A stretch of DNA of 64,000 bases from Actinomycetales bacterium. GTDB taxonomy: Bacteria; Actinomycetota; Actinomycetes; Actinomycetales; Cellulomonadaceae. Each line of letters opens with the position of its first letter. Position 1 is the first letter of the stretch. The notes beneath the pieces were generated by a model, which worked only from the letters and a program-made list of their open reading frames with translations, had not been told where the DNA came from and searched no databases. Below, in pieces: positions 10,662 through 21,860 of the stretch. The position numbers and the translations under genes were made by a program. The stretch spans positions 643 to 64,642 of the forward strand of contig JAHLLI010000026.1 of assembly GCA_020444245.1 (NCBI GenBank), read 5' to 3'.

Positions 10662-11900
10662 GTGGCAGCTCCCCAGAACTACCTGGCCGTCATCAAGGTG
10701 GTCGGGATCGGCGGCGGCGGCGTCAACGCCGTCAACCGGATGATCGAGGTCGGACTCAAGGGCGTCGAGTTCATCGCGATCAACACCGATGCGCAGGCCC
10801 TGCTGATGTCCGACGCGGACGTCAAGCTCGACGTCGGCCGAGAGCTCACCCGTGGTCTCGGCGCCGGCGCGGACCCCGAGGTCGGCAAGCGTGCCGCCGA
10901 GGACCACACCGAGGAGATCGAGGACGTGCTGCGCGGCGCGGACATGGTCTTCGTCACCGCGGGCGAGGGCGGCGGCACGGGCACCGGCGGCGCACCCGTC
11001 GTCGCGCGGATCGCCCGGTCGCTCGGCGCCCTGACCATCGGCGTGGTGACGCGACCGTTCACGTTCGAGGGTCGGCGGCGCTCGGTCCAGGCGGAGACCG
11101 GGATCGACGGCCTGCGGTCCGAGGTCGACACCCTGATCGTCATCCCCAACGACCGGCTGCTGTCGATCTCCGACCGGTCGGTGTCCGTGCTGGACGCGTT
11201 CCGCTCGGCCGACCAGGTGCTGCTGTCCGGTGTCCAGGGCATCACCGACCTGATCACCACCCCAGGGCTGATCAACCTCGACTTCGCCGACGTGAAGTCC
11301 GTCATGCAGGGTGCCGGCTCGGCCCTCATGGGCATCGGATCGGCGCGCGGGGACGACCGCGCCGTCCAGGCCGCGGAGCTCGCGATCTCCTCCCCGCTGC
11401 TCGAGGCGAGCATCGACGGGGCGCACGGCGTGCTGCTGTCCATCCAGGGCGGCTCCGACCTGGGCCTGTTCGAGATCAACGAGGCCGCACGCCTCGTGCA
11501 GGAGGCCGCGCACCCGGAGGCCAACATCATCTTCGGCGCGGTCATCGACGACGCGCTCGGTGACGAGGTGCGGGTCACCGTGATCGCTGCCGGTTTCGAC
11601 TCCGGGTCGCCGACCGTGCGCAAGGACTCGCGGGCCCTGGGTCAGGTCAGCCCGCCCCGCGCCCCCGTGGTGGTCGAGCCGGAGCCCGAGCCGGAGCCGA
11701 CGGCCACCGAGCCCGCGGCCGAGCACGAGGTCCCTCGTCCGCAGGTTCCCGGCGAGCTGTCCGAGGAGCGGGACGTGCCTGCGTTCCTGAGCGAGGAGGG
11801 CGGCCAGGGCGGCGTCGACGTGCCACGGGTCTTCGAGGACCGCCCGCGCCGGGCCACCGACGACCTGGACCTGCCGGACTTCCTCAAGCACCCGCAGTGA
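10662..11900 (+). CDS. ftsZ: Cell division protein FtsZ
   Basis: GGAGGA SD then GTG; [18 protein letters not shown] tubulin signature, INLDFADV, C-terminal DLDLPDFLK. Confidence 0.98.
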   Translation: MAAPQNYLAVIKVVGIGGGGVNAVNRMIEVGLKGVEFIAINTDAQALLMSDADVKLDVGRELTRGLGAGADPEVGKRAAEDHTEEIEDVLRGADMVFVTAGEGGGTGTGGAPVVARIARSLGALTIGVVTRPFTFEGRRRSVQAETGIDGLRSEVDTLIVIPNDRLLSISDRSVSVLDAFRSADQVLLSGVQGITDLITTPGLINLDFADVKSVMQGAGSALMGIGSARGDDRAVQAAELAISSPLLEASIDGAHGVLLSIQGGSDLGLFEINEAARLVQEAAHPEANIIFGAVIDDALGDEVRVTVIAAGFDSGSPTVRKDSRALGQVSPPRAPVVVEPEPEPEPTATEPAAEHEVPRPQVPGELSEERDVPAFLSEEGGQGGVDVPRVFEDRPRRATDDLDLPDFLKHPQ

Positions 11901-12589
11901 CGCTCGGGCCGTGGCTCGAGGTCGACCTCGGGCCCGGCGTTCGCGCGGGGTTCTCGACCGTCGTGGCGGGCAACCTGGGCCTGGGGCTCGGCGACGAGCC
12001 CGACGCGGTCGCCGAGCGGCGGCGCGCCGCTGAGCGCTGGGCCGGCGGACCCGTGGCGTGGGGCCGCCAGGTGCACGGCGCGGCCGTCCACCTGGCCACC
12101 GCAGGCGGCGACGACGTCGCGGCCTGCGACGCGATGGTCGCCACCCAGGTCGGGCTCGCGGTCCTGGTGGCCGACTGCGTGCCCGTGCTCGTCGCCGATC
12201 CGGCGGCCGGCGTGGTGGGAACGATCCACGCCGGCCGGGCGGGAGTGGTGGCGGGCGTGGTCCCCGCTGCCGTGGGCGCGCTGCAGCGGGCGGGCGCCCG
12301 GGAGCTGCGAGCGGTGGTCGGCCCGGCGATCTGCGGCGCCTGCTACGAGGTGCCGGCTGCGATGCGCGACGACGTCGACGCGCAGGTCCCCGGCACGGCG
12401 TCGACGACCTCGTGGGGCACGCCGGCGCTGGACCTGCCGCGCGCTGTGACCCGCCAGCTCGCCGAGCTCGGGGTCCGGGTCGAGGACCTGGGGCTGTGCA
12501 CCCGCACCGACGCCCGGTTCTTCTCGCACCGCGGGGTGCGCGACGGCCGGCCGGCCGGGCGGGTGGCAGGGATCGTGCGGCTGGTCTGA
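11897..12589 (+). CDS. pgeF: PgeF/YfiH laccase-domain purine nucleoside phosphorylase family
   Basis: [29 protein letters not shown]; directly after ftsZ. Confidence 0.9.
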   Translation: MTLGPWLEVDLGPGVRAGFSTVVAGNLGLGLGDEPDAVAERRRAAERWAGGPVAWGRQVHGAAVHLATAGGDDVAACDAMVATQVGLAVLVADCVPVLVADPAAGVVGTIHAGRAGVVAGVVPAAVGALQRAGARELRAVVGPAICGACYEVPAAMRDDVDAQVPGTASTTSWGTPALDLPRAVTRQLAELGVRVEDLGLCTRTDARFFSHRGVRDGRPAGRVAGIVRLV

Positions 12590-12739
12590 GCCACCCGCGC
12601 CCGATGCGCAAGCACCTGGCCATGGCCGGGCGTGTCGGCGCGGCGCGACGCGACGGCTCGATTACCGTGAGGAGGGTCCGGAGTCCGTCCGACGGACGAG
12701 CACCAGCCTGTGACGGGTCGGAGGAAGGTGGAGGCCGCC

Positions 12740-13183
12740 ATGGCCGGAGCGCTGCGCAAGACCATGCTGTACCTGGGCCTCGCCGAGGACGAGCACGAGG
12801 TCGGCGACGAGTACGTCGAGGAGTACTTCGAGCCCGAGGAGACCCATCGCGCGGACGTCACGCCGTTGCACCGGCCGACGCCGCGCCCCGTGCCGAGCGG
12901 CGGCGACCTGCGCCGGATCACCACGATCCACCCGCGCTCGTACAACGACGCGCGAGCGATCGGCGAGGCGTTCCGGGCGGGCACCCCGGTGATCATGAAC
13001 CTGTCCGAGATGACCGACGCCGACGCCAAGCGTCTGGTGGACTTCTCGGCCGGCCTGATCTTCGGCCTGCACGGCGCCATCGAGCGGGTGACCTCCAGGG
13101 TGTTCCTGCTGTCTCCCGAGCACGTGGAGATCGCCGGTGAGGACGGTGCGGGCGAGCCCGCCGGGTTCTACAACCAGAGCTGA
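12740..13183 (+). CDS. sepF: Cell division protein SepF
   Basis: [40 protein letters not shown]. Confidence 0.95.
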   Translation: MAGALRKTMLYLGLAEDEHEVGDEYVEEYFEPEETHRADVTPLHRPTPRPVPSGGDLRRITTIHPRSYNDARAIGEAFRAGTPVIMNLSEMTDADAKRLVDFSAGLIFGLHGAIERVTSRVFLLSPEHVEIAGEDGAGEPAGFYNQS

Positions 13184-13192
13184 GGTGCCGCC

Positions 13193-13483
13193 ATCACCAT
13201 CCTCTGGGCAGTCCTGTACTACGTCGTCCTGGCCTACTTCCTGCTGATGTTCGTCCGCCTGGTGCTGGACTGGGTGCAGGTGTTCGCGCGGGACTGGCGC
13301 CCGCGCGGCGCGGCCCTCGTGGTGGCCGAGGTGACGTACACGATCACCGACCCTCCGCTGCGCGCGGTGCGCAAGGTGGTGCCCCCGCTGACCCTCGGGC
13401 AGGTCCGGCTCGACCTGGCGTTCCTGCTCGTGATGCTGGCCTGTGCGGTCCTGCTCTCGGTCTTCGGAAACCTGGCCACCTGA
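13193..13483 (+). CDS. YggT family membrane protein; start uncertain (ATC 13193 proposed, first ATG 13247)
   Basis: LVLDWVQ...YTITDPPLRAVRKVVPPL...DLAFL; between sepF and divIVA; hydrophobic helix continues upstream of the ATG. Confidence 0.8.
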   Translation: MTILWAVLYYVVLAYFLLMFVRLVLDWVQVFARDWRPRGAALVVAEVTYTITDPPLRAVRKVVPPLTLGQVRLDLAFLLVMLACAVLLSVFGNLAT

Positions 13484-13597
13484 GCCGCGCCACGCCCGAC
13501 GGCGCGGAGCAGGCGCGACGCGTGCGAAGTCCGCTACGGTGGCCTTGGCGGTCGGCGTACTGCCAGGTCTGCCCGCACGACAAACCGAGGTGACACG

Positions 13598-14284
13598 ATG
13601 GCTCTGCTCACCGCAGACGACGTCCTGAACAAGAAGTTCCAGGCGACGAAGTTCCGTGAGGGGTACGACCAGGACGAGGTCGACGACTTCCTGGATGAGG
13701 TGGTCAACACCTTGCGGGCCGTGTACGCCGAGAACGACGACCTCAAGGCGAAGCTCGCTGCGGCCGAGCGCCGGATCGCCGAGCTGAGCCGCGGCGGAGC
13801 GGCCCCGTTCGCCGCCGAGGCCGAGGCCGTGGCGCCGGCCCCCGAGCCCGAGCCCGTCGTGCAGCCGGAGCCTGAGCCGGCCCCCGAGCCCGAGCCGGCC
13901 CCGGAGCCCGCCCCCGTGATGGCCGCGGCCTCCGGGATGGCCCACCTCAGTGAGCCCGAGTCCGCCACCGGGATGCTCCAGCTGGCCCAGAAGCTGCACG
14001 ACGACTACGTGCGCTCGGGCCAGGAGGAGGGCGAGCGGATCATCGGCGACGCGAAGTCCCAGGCCCAGCGCATCGTGCGTGAGGCGGAGGAGACCTCGAA
14101 CCGGACCCTCGCACAGCTCGAGCAGGAGCGGAGCCTCCTGGAGCGCAAGATCGACGAGCTCCGGGTCTTCGAGCGCGACTACCGCACCCGCCTGAAGAGC
14201 TACCTCGAGAACCTGCTCGGCGACCTCGAGTCGCGCGGGGCCTCGGTGTCCCCGCGCGCCGGGGACGTACAGCTCGGCGGCTGA
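13598..14284 (+). CDS. divIVA: DivIVA/Wag31 polar growth protein
   Basis: LTADDV...FREGYDQDEVDDFLD; C-terminal LRVFERDYRTRLKSYLE. Confidence 0.95.
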   Translation: MALLTADDVLNKKFQATKFREGYDQDEVDDFLDEVVNTLRAVYAENDDLKAKLAAAERRIAELSRGGAAPFAAEAEAVAPAPEPEPVVQPEPEPAPEPEPAPEPAPVMAAASGMAHLSEPESATGMLQLAQKLHDDYVRSGQEEGERIIGDAKSQAQRIVREAEETSNRTLAQLEQERSLLERKIDELRVFERDYRTRLKSYLENLLGDLESRGASVSPRAGDVQLGG

Positions 14285-14292
14285 AGCAGCCA

Positions 14293-14334
14293 CACGACGC
14301 ACCACGCCGGGGTGACCCGGCGCGGTGCGTTGTG
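14293..14334 (+). terminator. GC-rich hairpin after divIVA
   Basis: CACGACGCACC/GGTGCGTTGTG outer stem (one G-U), CGCCGGG/CCCGGCG inner stem, GTGA tetraloop. Confidence 0.7.
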
Positions 14335-14387
14335 CGTCATGCCCGGGGGGTCTACTCTCACGGGACGCCTCGTCAGCAGGGAGAGAG

Positions 14388-14852
14388 ATGGCCATCCAGG
14401 ACCCGGTGAGCGCCTCCGGACGCGCCCGCCCGTCACGCGCGGACCTCAAGGGTCTCGTGAAGACCTTCCCCGTGCGCGACGGCGAGGAGCCGTGGACCGT
14501 CGACGAGGTGGAGGCGGTGGCCGACGAGCTCACCGCCGAGATCTCGCGGCTCGAGGTCGAGCTGTCCGAGGCCGACGCTGAGCTGACCAGCCTGCTGCGG
14601 TACTCCGGCGACGGCGCCGGCGACGACCAGGCGGACTCCGGCAGCTCCGCGCTCGAGCGTGAGCAGGAGCTCACGATGCTCAACAACACCAAGGACCTGC
14701 TGGACCAGAACCGGCGCGCCCTCGAGCGGGTCGGCCAGGCCGGTTTCGGGACGTGCGAGTCGTGCGGGGGGCCGATCGGCAAGGCGCGCGTGCAGGCCTT
14801 CCCGCGCGCGTCGCTGTGCGTGGCGTGCAAGGCCAAGCAGGAGCGTCGCTGA
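14388..14852 (+). CDS. TraR/DksA C4 zinc-finger protein
   Basis: Coiled coil with DDQAD tip; CESC...RVQAFPRASLCVAC zinc finger; SD-like GGGAGAGAG. Confidence 0.88.
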   Translation: MAIQDPVSASGRARPSRADLKGLVKTFPVRDGEEPWTVDEVEAVADELTAEISRLEVELSEADAELTSLLRYSGDGAGDDQADSGSSALEREQELTMLNNTKDLLDQNRRALERVGQAGFGTCESCGGPIGKARVQAFPRASLCVACKAKQERR

Positions 14853-14854
14853 CC

Positions 14855-15466
14855 GTGCCCCGTCGTCGCCACCTGGTGGTCGTGCTGGCCGTGGTGGCGG
14901 TCACCGTCCTCGCGCTGGACCAGGTCACCAAGGCGTTGGCGCTGGCGCACCTGACCGAGGGTGAGCGGACGCCGCTGGTCGGTGACCTGCTGGGCCTGCA
15001 GCTGATGCGCAACCCCGGTGCCGCGCTGAGCATGGCCTCCGGGATGACGTGGGTGTTCACCATCGCCGCGGTCGGGGTGAGCATCGTGATCATCCGGGTG
15101 GCCGACCGCCTGGGGTCGCGCGCCTGGGCGCTGGCCCTCGGCCTGCTGCTCGGCGGCGCGGTGGGCAACCTCATCGACCGGCTGGTTCGGCCTCCGGGCT
15201 TCGGGGTGGGACACGTCGTCGACTTCATCGCCTACGGGGACTGGTTCATCGGCAACGTCGCGGACATCGCGATCGTCGCGGCGGCTGTGCTGATCGTGCT
15301 GCTGACGATGATCGGGATCGGCATCGACGGGCGCCGTGCCGGGACCGAGGGCGCCGAGCCGACCGAGGACGGCGCGCCGGGCTCGGACACCCGGCCCGAG
15401 GGCGCCGAGCCGGCGCAGGACACCGAGCCGGCCGAGGGCGCCGAGCCCGCTCCGCCCACGCCGTGA
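14855..15466 (+). CDS. lspA: Lipoprotein signal peptidase II with acidic low-complexity tail
   Basis: [30 protein letters not shown]; tail has three GAEP repeats. Confidence 0.94.
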   Translation: MPRRRHLVVVLAVVAVTVLALDQVTKALALAHLTEGERTPLVGDLLGLQLMRNPGAALSMASGMTWVFTIAAVGVSIVIIRVADRLGSRAWALALGLLLGGAVGNLIDRLVRPPGFGVGHVVDFIAYGDWFIGNVADIAIVAAAVLIVLLTMIGIGIDGRRAGTEGAEPTEDGAPGSDTRPEGAEPAQDTEPAEGAEPAPPTP

Positions 15467-16410
15467 GCACTCGGAGCCTGCCCGTCCCCGACGGCCTGGC
15501 AGGTGAGCGGGTCGACGCCGGCCTGGCGCGACTGCTCGGCGTCTCGCGCACCCGGGTGGCGGACCTGGCGGAGGCCGGTGCGGTCCAGATCGACGGCCGG
15601 CCGGCAGGGAAGTCCGAACGCCTGGTCGCCGGGTCCTGGCTCGAGGTGGACGTCGAGGCGCTCGACGGCCCCACCCACCCCGTCGCACCGCCGGAGCCGG
15701 TTCCCGGGATGCGCATCGTGCACGAGGACGACGACGTCGTGGTGGTCGACAAGCCGGTGGGCGTCGCGGCCCACCCGTCTCCGGGCTGGACCGGGCCGAC
15801 CGTGGTCGGGGCGCTCGCCGCGACCGGGCACCGGGTCTCCACCTCCGGCGCCGCCGAGCGGCAGGGCGTCGTCCACCGCCTGGACGTGGGCACGTCGGGT
15901 CTCATGGTGGTCGCCAAGAGCGAGCGTGCCTACACGCTGCTCAAGCGCGCGTTCAAGGAGCGCACGGTCGAGAAGGTCTACCACGCGGTGGTCCAGGGTC
16001 ATCCCGAGCCGACCACCGGCACCATCGACGCGCCGATCGGCCGCCACCCCCGCGACGACTGGAAGTTCGCCGTCGTCGCGTCCGGCAAGCCGTCGGTGAC
16101 GCACTACGAGGTGCTCGAGATGGTCCCCAAGGCGTCGCTGGTCGAGGTGCACCTGGAGACCGGGCGCACCCACCAGATCCGGGTGCACATGGCGGCGGTC
16201 CACCATCCGTGCGTCGGAGACCTGACCTACGGCGCCGACCCGGCCCTGGCCGCGTCGCTCGGCCTGACCCGGCAGTGGCTGCACGCCGCCCGGCTCGGGT
16301 TCGACCACCCGGCGACCGGTGAGTGGCTCGAGCTGTCCAGCGAGCCGCCCCAGGACCTGGCCAGGGCCTGGGCGATGCTGCGTGACGGGTCGTCGGACAC
16401 GCCGGAGTGA
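15463..16410 (+). CDS. RluA/RluD family pseudouridine synthase
   Basis: S4-like N-terminus, [33 protein letters not shown]. Confidence 0.93.
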   Translation: MSTRSLPVPDGLAGERVDAGLARLLGVSRTRVADLAEAGAVQIDGRPAGKSERLVAGSWLEVDVEALDGPTHPVAPPEPVPGMRIVHEDDDVVVVDKPVGVAAHPSPGWTGPTVVGALAATGHRVSTSGAAERQGVVHRLDVGTSGLMVVAKSERAYTLLKRAFKERTVEKVYHAVVQGHPEPTTGTIDAPIGRHPRDDWKFAVVASGKPSVTHYEVLEMVPKASLVEVHLETGRTHQIRVHMAAVHHPCVGDLTYGADPALAASLGLTRQWLHAARLGFDHPATGEWLELSSEPPQDLARAWAMLRDGSSDTPE

Positions 16411-16494
16411 CCTTCGTCATACCGGGTCGCAGGGGGTGCGTGCCGGGCTCGGCGAAACGCCCCTGGGCGCGTCGGGCGTGTGGGCGGCGCAACC

Positions 16495-16500
16495 TAGGAT
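16495..16500 (+). promoter_or_regulatory. -10 hexamer TAGGAT, probable leaderless dnaE promoter
   Basis: 7 nt before ATG 16508. Confidence 0.55.
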
Positions 16501-16507
16501 GGCGGGC

Positions 16508-19500
16508 ATGTCGGTCGGTGATCCTGGTTGGGAGCTGGGCCAGGACTTCGCCCATCTGCACGTGCACACCGACTACTCGATGCTCGACGGCGCCGCGCGC
16601 GTCGAGGAGCTCCTGAGCTACGCCGAGGAGCTGGGCCAGAAGGCCTTGGCGATCACGGACCACGGCTACCTGTTCGGGGCTTTCGACTTCTGGCAGCGGG
16701 CCCAGAAGCATGGGATCAAGCCGATCATCGGCGTCGAGGCGTACCTCACACCGGGGACGAGCAGGTTCGACCAGTCGCGGGTCCGCTGGGGGGACGACAG
16801 CCAGAACGGCGACGACGTGTCCGCCCGCGGCGCCTACACGCACCTGACGATCGTCTCGGAGACGACCGCCGGGATGCACAACCTGTTCCGGATGGGCTCG
16901 CTGGCCTCGCTCGAGGGCCAGATGGGCAAGTGGCCCCGGATGGATCGCGAGCTGCTCTCGACGTACCACGACGGCCTCATCGCGTTCAGCGGCTGCGCGT
17001 CCGGCGAGATCCAGACCCGGCTGCGGCTGGGGCAGTGGGACGAGGCCGTGCGCACCGCCGCGGAGCTGCAGGACATCTTCGGCAAGGAGAGCTTCTTCGT
17101 CGAGCTGATGGACCACGACATCGAGATCGAACGTCGTGTCCTGCCGGACCTGCTGCGCCTGGCCAAGCACATCGGTGCACCGCTCGTGGCGACCAACGAC
17201 TCGCACTACACGCGCAAGGAGGACGCGCACGCGCACGAGGCGCTGCTGGCCGTCCAGTCGGGCTCGACGCTGCTGGAGCCCACCTCGGACCAGGGCGGCA
17301 CCCGGTTCGCGTTCTCGACGGACAAGTTCTACCTGTGGACCGCCCAGGAGATGCGTGACCTGTGGCGGGAGCACCCCGAGGCCGCGGACAACACGCTCCT
17401 CATCGCCGAACGCTGCGACACCACCTTCAACACGTCGGCGAACTACATGCCGAAGTTCCCGGTGCCGGCCGGGGAGAGCGAGCAGTCCTGGTTCGTCAAG
17501 GAGATCGAGACCGGGCTGCGTCGCCGCTACCCGTTCGGGATCCCCGACGACGTGCGCAGGCAGGCCACCTACGAGACCGACGTCATCACCCAGCTCGGCT
17601 TCGCCGGGTACTTCCTGGTGGTCGCGGACTTCATCAACTGGGCCAAGTCCCAGGGCATCCGGGTCGGGCCGGGCCGTGGCTCGGCCGCGGGGTCGATGGT
17701 CGCCTACGCGATGGGCATCACCGAGCTGGACCCGCTCAAGCACGGCCTGATCTTCGAGCGCTTCCTCAACCCCGAGCGCGTGTCCTGGCCGGACGTCGAC
17801 GTGGACTTCGACGAGCGTCGGCGTGGCGAGGTCATCCGGTACGTCACCGACAAGTACGGCGAGGACCGCGTCGCGCAGATCGTGACCTACGGCACGATCA
17901 AGGCCAAGCAGGCCCTCAAGGACTCCTCGCGGGTGCTCGGCTACCCGTTCGCGATGGGGGAGAAGCTCACCAAGGCGATGCCGCCGCCGGTGATGGGCAA
18001 GGACATCCCCCTGACCGGCATGTACGACCCGTCGCACGAGCGCTACGCCGAGGCGGAGGAGTTCCGGCAGGTCGTCGCCGCGGACCCGGACGCCCAGAAG
18101 GTGCTGGAGACCGCGCGCGGGCTCGAGGGCCTCAAGCGGCAGTGGGGCGTGCACGCCGCGGGCGTGATCATGTCGAGCGAACCGCTGCTCGACATCCTGC
18201 CGATCATGAAGCGCCCGCAGGACGGCGCGATCATCACGCAGTTCGACCAGCCGGGCGCCGAGGCGCTCGGGCTGATCAAGATGGACTTCCTCGGCCTGCG
18301 CAACCTGACGATCCTCGACGACGCGCTGGACAACATCCGCGCCAACGGCAAGGGCGACCTGGTCATCGAGGACGTCCCGTTGGACGACCGGCCGACCTAT
18401 GAGCTGCTGGGCCGCGGCGACACGCTGGGCGTGTTCCAGCTCGACGGCGGGCCGATGCGCGCGCTCCTGCGCCAGATGCGCCCGGACAACTTCGACGACA
18501 TCTCCGCGGTCATCGCGCTGTACCGGCCCGGGCCGATGGGGATGAACTCGCACACCAACTACGCGCTGCGCAAGAACGGGCTGCAGAAGGTGGAGCCGAT
18601 CCACCCCGAGCTCGTCGAGCCGCTCGCCGAGGTGCTCGACGAGACGCACGGCCTGGTGGTGTACCAGGAGCAGGTGCAGAAGGCCGCGCAGATCCTCGCC
18701 GGCTACACGCTCGGCCAGGCGGACCTGCTGCGCCGGGCGATGGGCAAGAAGAAGAAGGAGATCCTGGACAAGGAGTTCGTCCCGTTCGAGGCCGGCATGA
18801 AGGAGCGCGGCTACTCCGACGCCGCGATCCGGGCCGTGTGGGACGTGCTCGTGCCGTTCGCCGGCTACGCGTTCAACAAGGCGCACTCGGCGGCCTACGG
18901 CGTGGTCTCGTACTGGACCGCGTTCCTCAAGGCCAACTACCCGACCGAGTACATGGCCGGGCTGCTGACGTCGGTGCGTGACGACAAGGACAAGTCCGCG
19001 CTCTACCTGGCCGAGTGCCGGCGGATGGGCATCACGGTGCTGCCGCCGGATGTCAACTCCTCGGTGGCGAACTTCGCTGCGGTCGGCGCGGACATCCGCT
19101 TCGGCCTGACCGCGGTGCGCAACGTGGGCGCGAACGTCGTCGAGGAGATCGTGCGCACCCGCGAGGCGAAGGGGGCCTTCACCTCGTTCACGGACTTCCT
19201 GGACAAGGTGCCGGCCGTGGTGTGCAACAAGCGCACCGTCGAGTCGCTCATCAAGGCCGGCGCGTTCGACTCGCTCGGACACGGTCGTCGCGCGCTGCTG
19301 CTGGTCCACGAGCAGGCCGTCGACGCGGTGATCGGGGTCAAGCGTAAGGAGGCCGAGGGCCAGTTCGACCTGTTCGCGGACCTGGGCGGCGAGAGCGACG
19401 AGGTGGGATTCTCCGTCGTCGTGCCCGACGTGCCGGACTGGGACAAGAAGCAGCGGCTGGCCTTCGAGCGGGAGATGCTCGGGCTCTACGTGTCCGACCA

Positions 19501-20074
19501 TCCGCTGTCCGGGCTCGAGCACGTGCTCGCCCAGGCCGCGGACTGCTCGCTGGCCACGCTCACCGCCGACGAGACCCGCGCCGAGGGCTCGACCGTGACC
19601 GTCTGCGGGCTGGTCACCAACCTGCAGCGCCGGATGAGCAAGAACGGGAACCCGTGGGCCTCGCTGACCCTGGAGGACCTGGACGGCTCGATCGAGGTGC
19701 TGTTCTTCGGGGAGACCTACCTGGCCTACACCACGTCGCTCGTCGAGGATGCGGTGCTCACGGTGCGAGGGCGGGTGCGCCGCCGCGACGACACGATGCA
19801 GCTCCAGGCCAACGAGGTGTCGTTGCCGGACGTCACCGCCGTCGACGACCGGCCGGTCACCATCTCGATGCCGGTCGCCCGGTGCACCGCACCGGTGGTC
19901 GAACGGCTGCGCGAGATCCTCTCCGACCACCCCGGCGTCACCGACGTCCACCTTCGCCTGACCCAGCCGGGCCGCTCCACGGTCATGCGCCTGGACCACG
20001 GCCTGCGGATCGAGCGTGGACCGGCGCTCTACGGCGACCTCAAGGCGCTCCTCGGCCCCAACTGTCTGGCCTGA
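16508..20074 (+). CDS. dnaE: DNA polymerase III alpha subunit (1188 aa)
   Basis: PHP domain HLHVHTDYSMLDG, GPGRGSAAGS, PDVDVDF, KMDFLGL, FNKAHSAAY, OB-fold; alternative ATG 16499. Confidence 0.97.
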   Translation: MSVGDPGWELGQDFAHLHVHTDYSMLDGAARVEELLSYAEELGQKALAITDHGYLFGAFDFWQRAQKHGIKPIIGVEAYLTPGTSRFDQSRVRWGDDSQNGDDVSARGAYTHLTIVSETTAGMHNLFRMGSLASLEGQMGKWPRMDRELLSTYHDGLIAFSGCASGEIQTRLRLGQWDEAVRTAAELQDIFGKESFFVELMDHDIEIERRVLPDLLRLAKHIGAPLVATNDSHYTRKEDAHAHEALLAVQSGSTLLEPTSDQGGTRFAFSTDKFYLWTAQEMRDLWREHPEAADNTLLIAERCDTTFNTSANYMPKFPVPAGESEQSWFVKEIETGLRRRYPFGIPDDVRRQATYETDVITQLGFAGYFLVVADFINWAKSQGIRVGPGRGSAAGSMVAYAMGITELDPLKHGLIFERFLNPERVSWPDVDVDFDERRRGEVIRYVTDKYGEDRVAQIVTYGTIKAKQALKDSSRVLGYPFAMGEKLTKAMPPPVMGKDIPLTGMYDPSHERYAEAEEFRQVVAADPDAQKVLETARGLEGLKRQWGVHAAGVIMSSEPLLDILPIMKRPQDGAIITQFDQPGAEALGLIKMDFLGLRNLTILDDALDNIRANGKGDLVIEDVPLDDRPTYELLGRGDTLGVFQLDGGPMRALLRQMRPDNFDDISAVIALYRPGPMGMNSHTNYALRKNGLQKVEPIHPELVEPLAEVLDETHGLVVYQEQVQKAAQILAGYTLGQADLLRRAMGKKKKEILDKEFVPFEAGMKERGYSDAAIRAVWDVLVPFAGYAFNKAHSAAYGVVSYWTAFLKANYPTEYMAGLLTSVRDDKDKSALYLAECRRMGITVLPPDVNSSVANFAAVGADIRFGLTAVRNVGANVVEEIVRTREAKGAFTSFTDFLDKVPAVVCNKRTVESLIKAGAFDSLGHGRRALLLVHEQAVDAVIGVKRKEAEGQFDLFADLGGESDEVGFSVVVPDVPDWDKKQRLAFEREMLGLYVSDHPLSGLEHVLAQAADCSLATLTADETRAEGSTVTVCGLVTNLQRRMSKNGNPWASLTLEDLDGSIEVLFFGETYLAYTTSLVEDAVLTVRGRVRRRDDTMQLQANEVSLPDVTAVDDRPVTISMPVARCTAPVVERLREILSDHPGVTDVHLRLTQPGRSTVMRLDHGLRIERGPALYGDLKALLGPNCLA

Positions 20075-20077
20075 CCG

Positions 20078-20473
20078 ATGCTCCGGCTCAACCCCGAGCA
20101 GCTCGTGTTCCTCACCGAGCGGCACCTGGCGACCCTGACCACGCTGCGTCCGGACGGCACGCCGCACGTGGTCCCGGTCGCCCCCACCTGGGACCCGGGT
20201 ACCGGACACCTGCTGATCACCACCCGGGACGGGTCGGCCAAGGTGCGCAACGTCGAGTCCGGCCGCCCGGCGCGAGTCGCGGTGTGCCAGGTCGAGGGCG
20301 GGCGATGGCTCACGCTCGAGGGGGTCGCGACGGTGTCGCGCGACCCGCAGGCGGTGGCGGACGCCGAGCGGCGTCACGCCGTGCGTCACCACGCGCTGGA
20401 GCCCGATCCGCACCGGGTGGTCGTCGTGGTCGCGGTCGACCGCGCGATGTCCTCGGACTACATGGCGCCCTGA
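20078..20473 (+). CDS. PPOX-class (probably F420-dependent) oxidoreductase
   Basis: LATLTTLRPDGTPHVVPV, KVRNV, WLTLEG split-barrel motifs. Confidence 0.8.
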   Translation: MLRLNPEQLVFLTERHLATLTTLRPDGTPHVVPVAPTWDPGTGHLLITTRDGSAKVRNVESGRPARVAVCQVEGGRWLTLEGVATVSRDPQAVADAERRHAVRHHALEPDPHRVVVVVAVDRAMSSDYMAP

Positions 20474-20514
20474 CCGACCCGGCCGACCGGGCCGTTCCGG
20501 CGGGCCGGGCCGCC

Positions 20515-20520
20515 TACACT
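20515..20520 (+). promoter_or_regulatory. -10 hexamer TACACT, probable leaderless hisD promoter
   Basis: 7 nt before GTG 20528. Confidence 0.6.
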
Positions 20521-20527
20521 CGGGCGG

Positions 20528-21847
20528 GTGATCTCCCGCATCGACCTCCGTGGCCGCACCCTGTCCGCTCGCGAGCTCACCGCGATCCTGCCCCGACCCG
20601 AGCTCGACGTGGCCCACGTCGCCGAGCAGGTCGCGCCGATCCTGGCCGACGTCCGCGAACGGGGCGCGGCCGCGCTGCGTGACCTGAGCGAGAGGTTCGA
20701 CGGGGTGCGGCCCGAGCGCCTGCGCGTCCCGGAGACCGCGCTCGCTGACGCGCTCGAGTCCCTCGACCCGACCGTGCGCGCGGGCCTGGAGATCTCGATC
20801 CGCCGGACCAGGGCGGTGCACGCGCAGCAGCGACCGTCCGGCTTCCGGATCGAGTTCGAGCCCGGTGCGGTGGTGCGCCAGCGCTGGATGCCCGTACGCC
20901 GGGTGGGCCTGTACGTGCCCGGCGGGCTCGCGGTGTACCCGTCGTCGGTGGTGATGAACGTGGTTCCGGCGCAGGAGGCCGGTGTGCCCTCGCTCGCGGT
21001 GGTCAGCCCGCCCCAGGCCGACGGGCTGCCGCACCCCGCGATCCTGGCGGCCTGCCGCCTGCTGGGCGTGGAGGAGGTGTACGCGGTCGGTGGTGCGCAG
21101 GCGATCGCGATGCTCGCCTACGGCGCCGCCGGTGAGGTCCCGGAGGACGGCGCCGTGCTCTGCGAGCCGGTCGACGTCATCACCGGCCCGGGCAACCAGT
21201 ACGTCACGGCCGCCAAGCGGCTGGTGCGCGGCACGGTCGGCATCGACTCCGAGGCCGGGCCCACCGAGATCGCCATCCTGGCCGACGGCACCGCGGACCC
21301 GCGACATGTCGCGGCCGACCTCGTCTCCCAGGCCGAGCACGGACCGACATCGGCGTCGGTCCTGGTCACCAGCTCGACCGAGCTGGCCGGCCGGGTCGAG
21401 GAGCTGCTGGTGGACCTCGTCGCCGCGACCAAGCACGGTGACCGCGTCGCGACCGCGCTGGGCGGTCCGCAGTCGGCCATCGTGCTGGTGGACGACCTGG
21501 GCGCGGGTCTCGCGGTGGTCAACGCCTACGGCGCCGAGCACCTGGAGATCCAGACCGCGGACGCCGCACAGGTCGCCGAGCGCGTGACCTCCGCCGGAGC
21601 GATCTTCGTCGGCCCCTACTCGCCGGTCTCGCTGGGTGACTACATGGCCGGGTCGAACCACGTCCTGCCCACCGGCGGCTGCGCGCGCTACGCGAGCGGG
21701 CTGGGCGTGCACAGCTTCATGCGCGCGGTGCAGCAGGTCGAGTACGACCAGGCCGCCCTCGACGCCGTCCGGGCGCGCATCCTCGCGGTCGCCGGCGCCG
21801 AGGACCTGCCCGCGCACGGCGAGGCCGTCGAGGCCCGCTTCGTCTGA
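20528..21847 (+). CDS. hisD: Histidinol dehydrogenase
   Basis: [48 protein letters not shown]. Confidence 0.97.
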   Translation: MISRIDLRGRTLSARELTAILPRPELDVAHVAEQVAPILADVRERGAAALRDLSERFDGVRPERLRVPETALADALESLDPTVRAGLEISIRRTRAVHAQQRPSGFRIEFEPGAVVRQRWMPVRRVGLYVPGGLAVYPSSVVMNVVPAQEAGVPSLAVVSPPQADGLPHPAILAACRLLGVEEVYAVGGAQAIAMLAYGAAGEVPEDGAVLCEPVDVITGPGNQYVTAAKRLVRGTVGIDSEAGPTEIAILADGTADPRHVAADLVSQAEHGPTSASVLVTSSTELAGRVEELLVDLVAATKHGDRVATALGGPQSAIVLVDDLGAGLAVVNAYGAEHLEIQTADAAQVAERVTSAGAIFVGPYSPVSLGDYMAGSNHVLPTGGCARYASGLGVHSFMRAVQQVEYDQAALDAVRARILAVAGAEDLPAHGEAVEARFV

Positions 21848-21860
21848 CCGAGGAGCAACG

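Noticed and set aside
15340-15466. GAEP repeats in the LspA tail
   Set aside because: Low-complexity tails are common on actinobacterial LspA; no further signal
16508-20074. Intein in dnaE
   Set aside because: Length is ordinary and no insertion or splicing motif was seen
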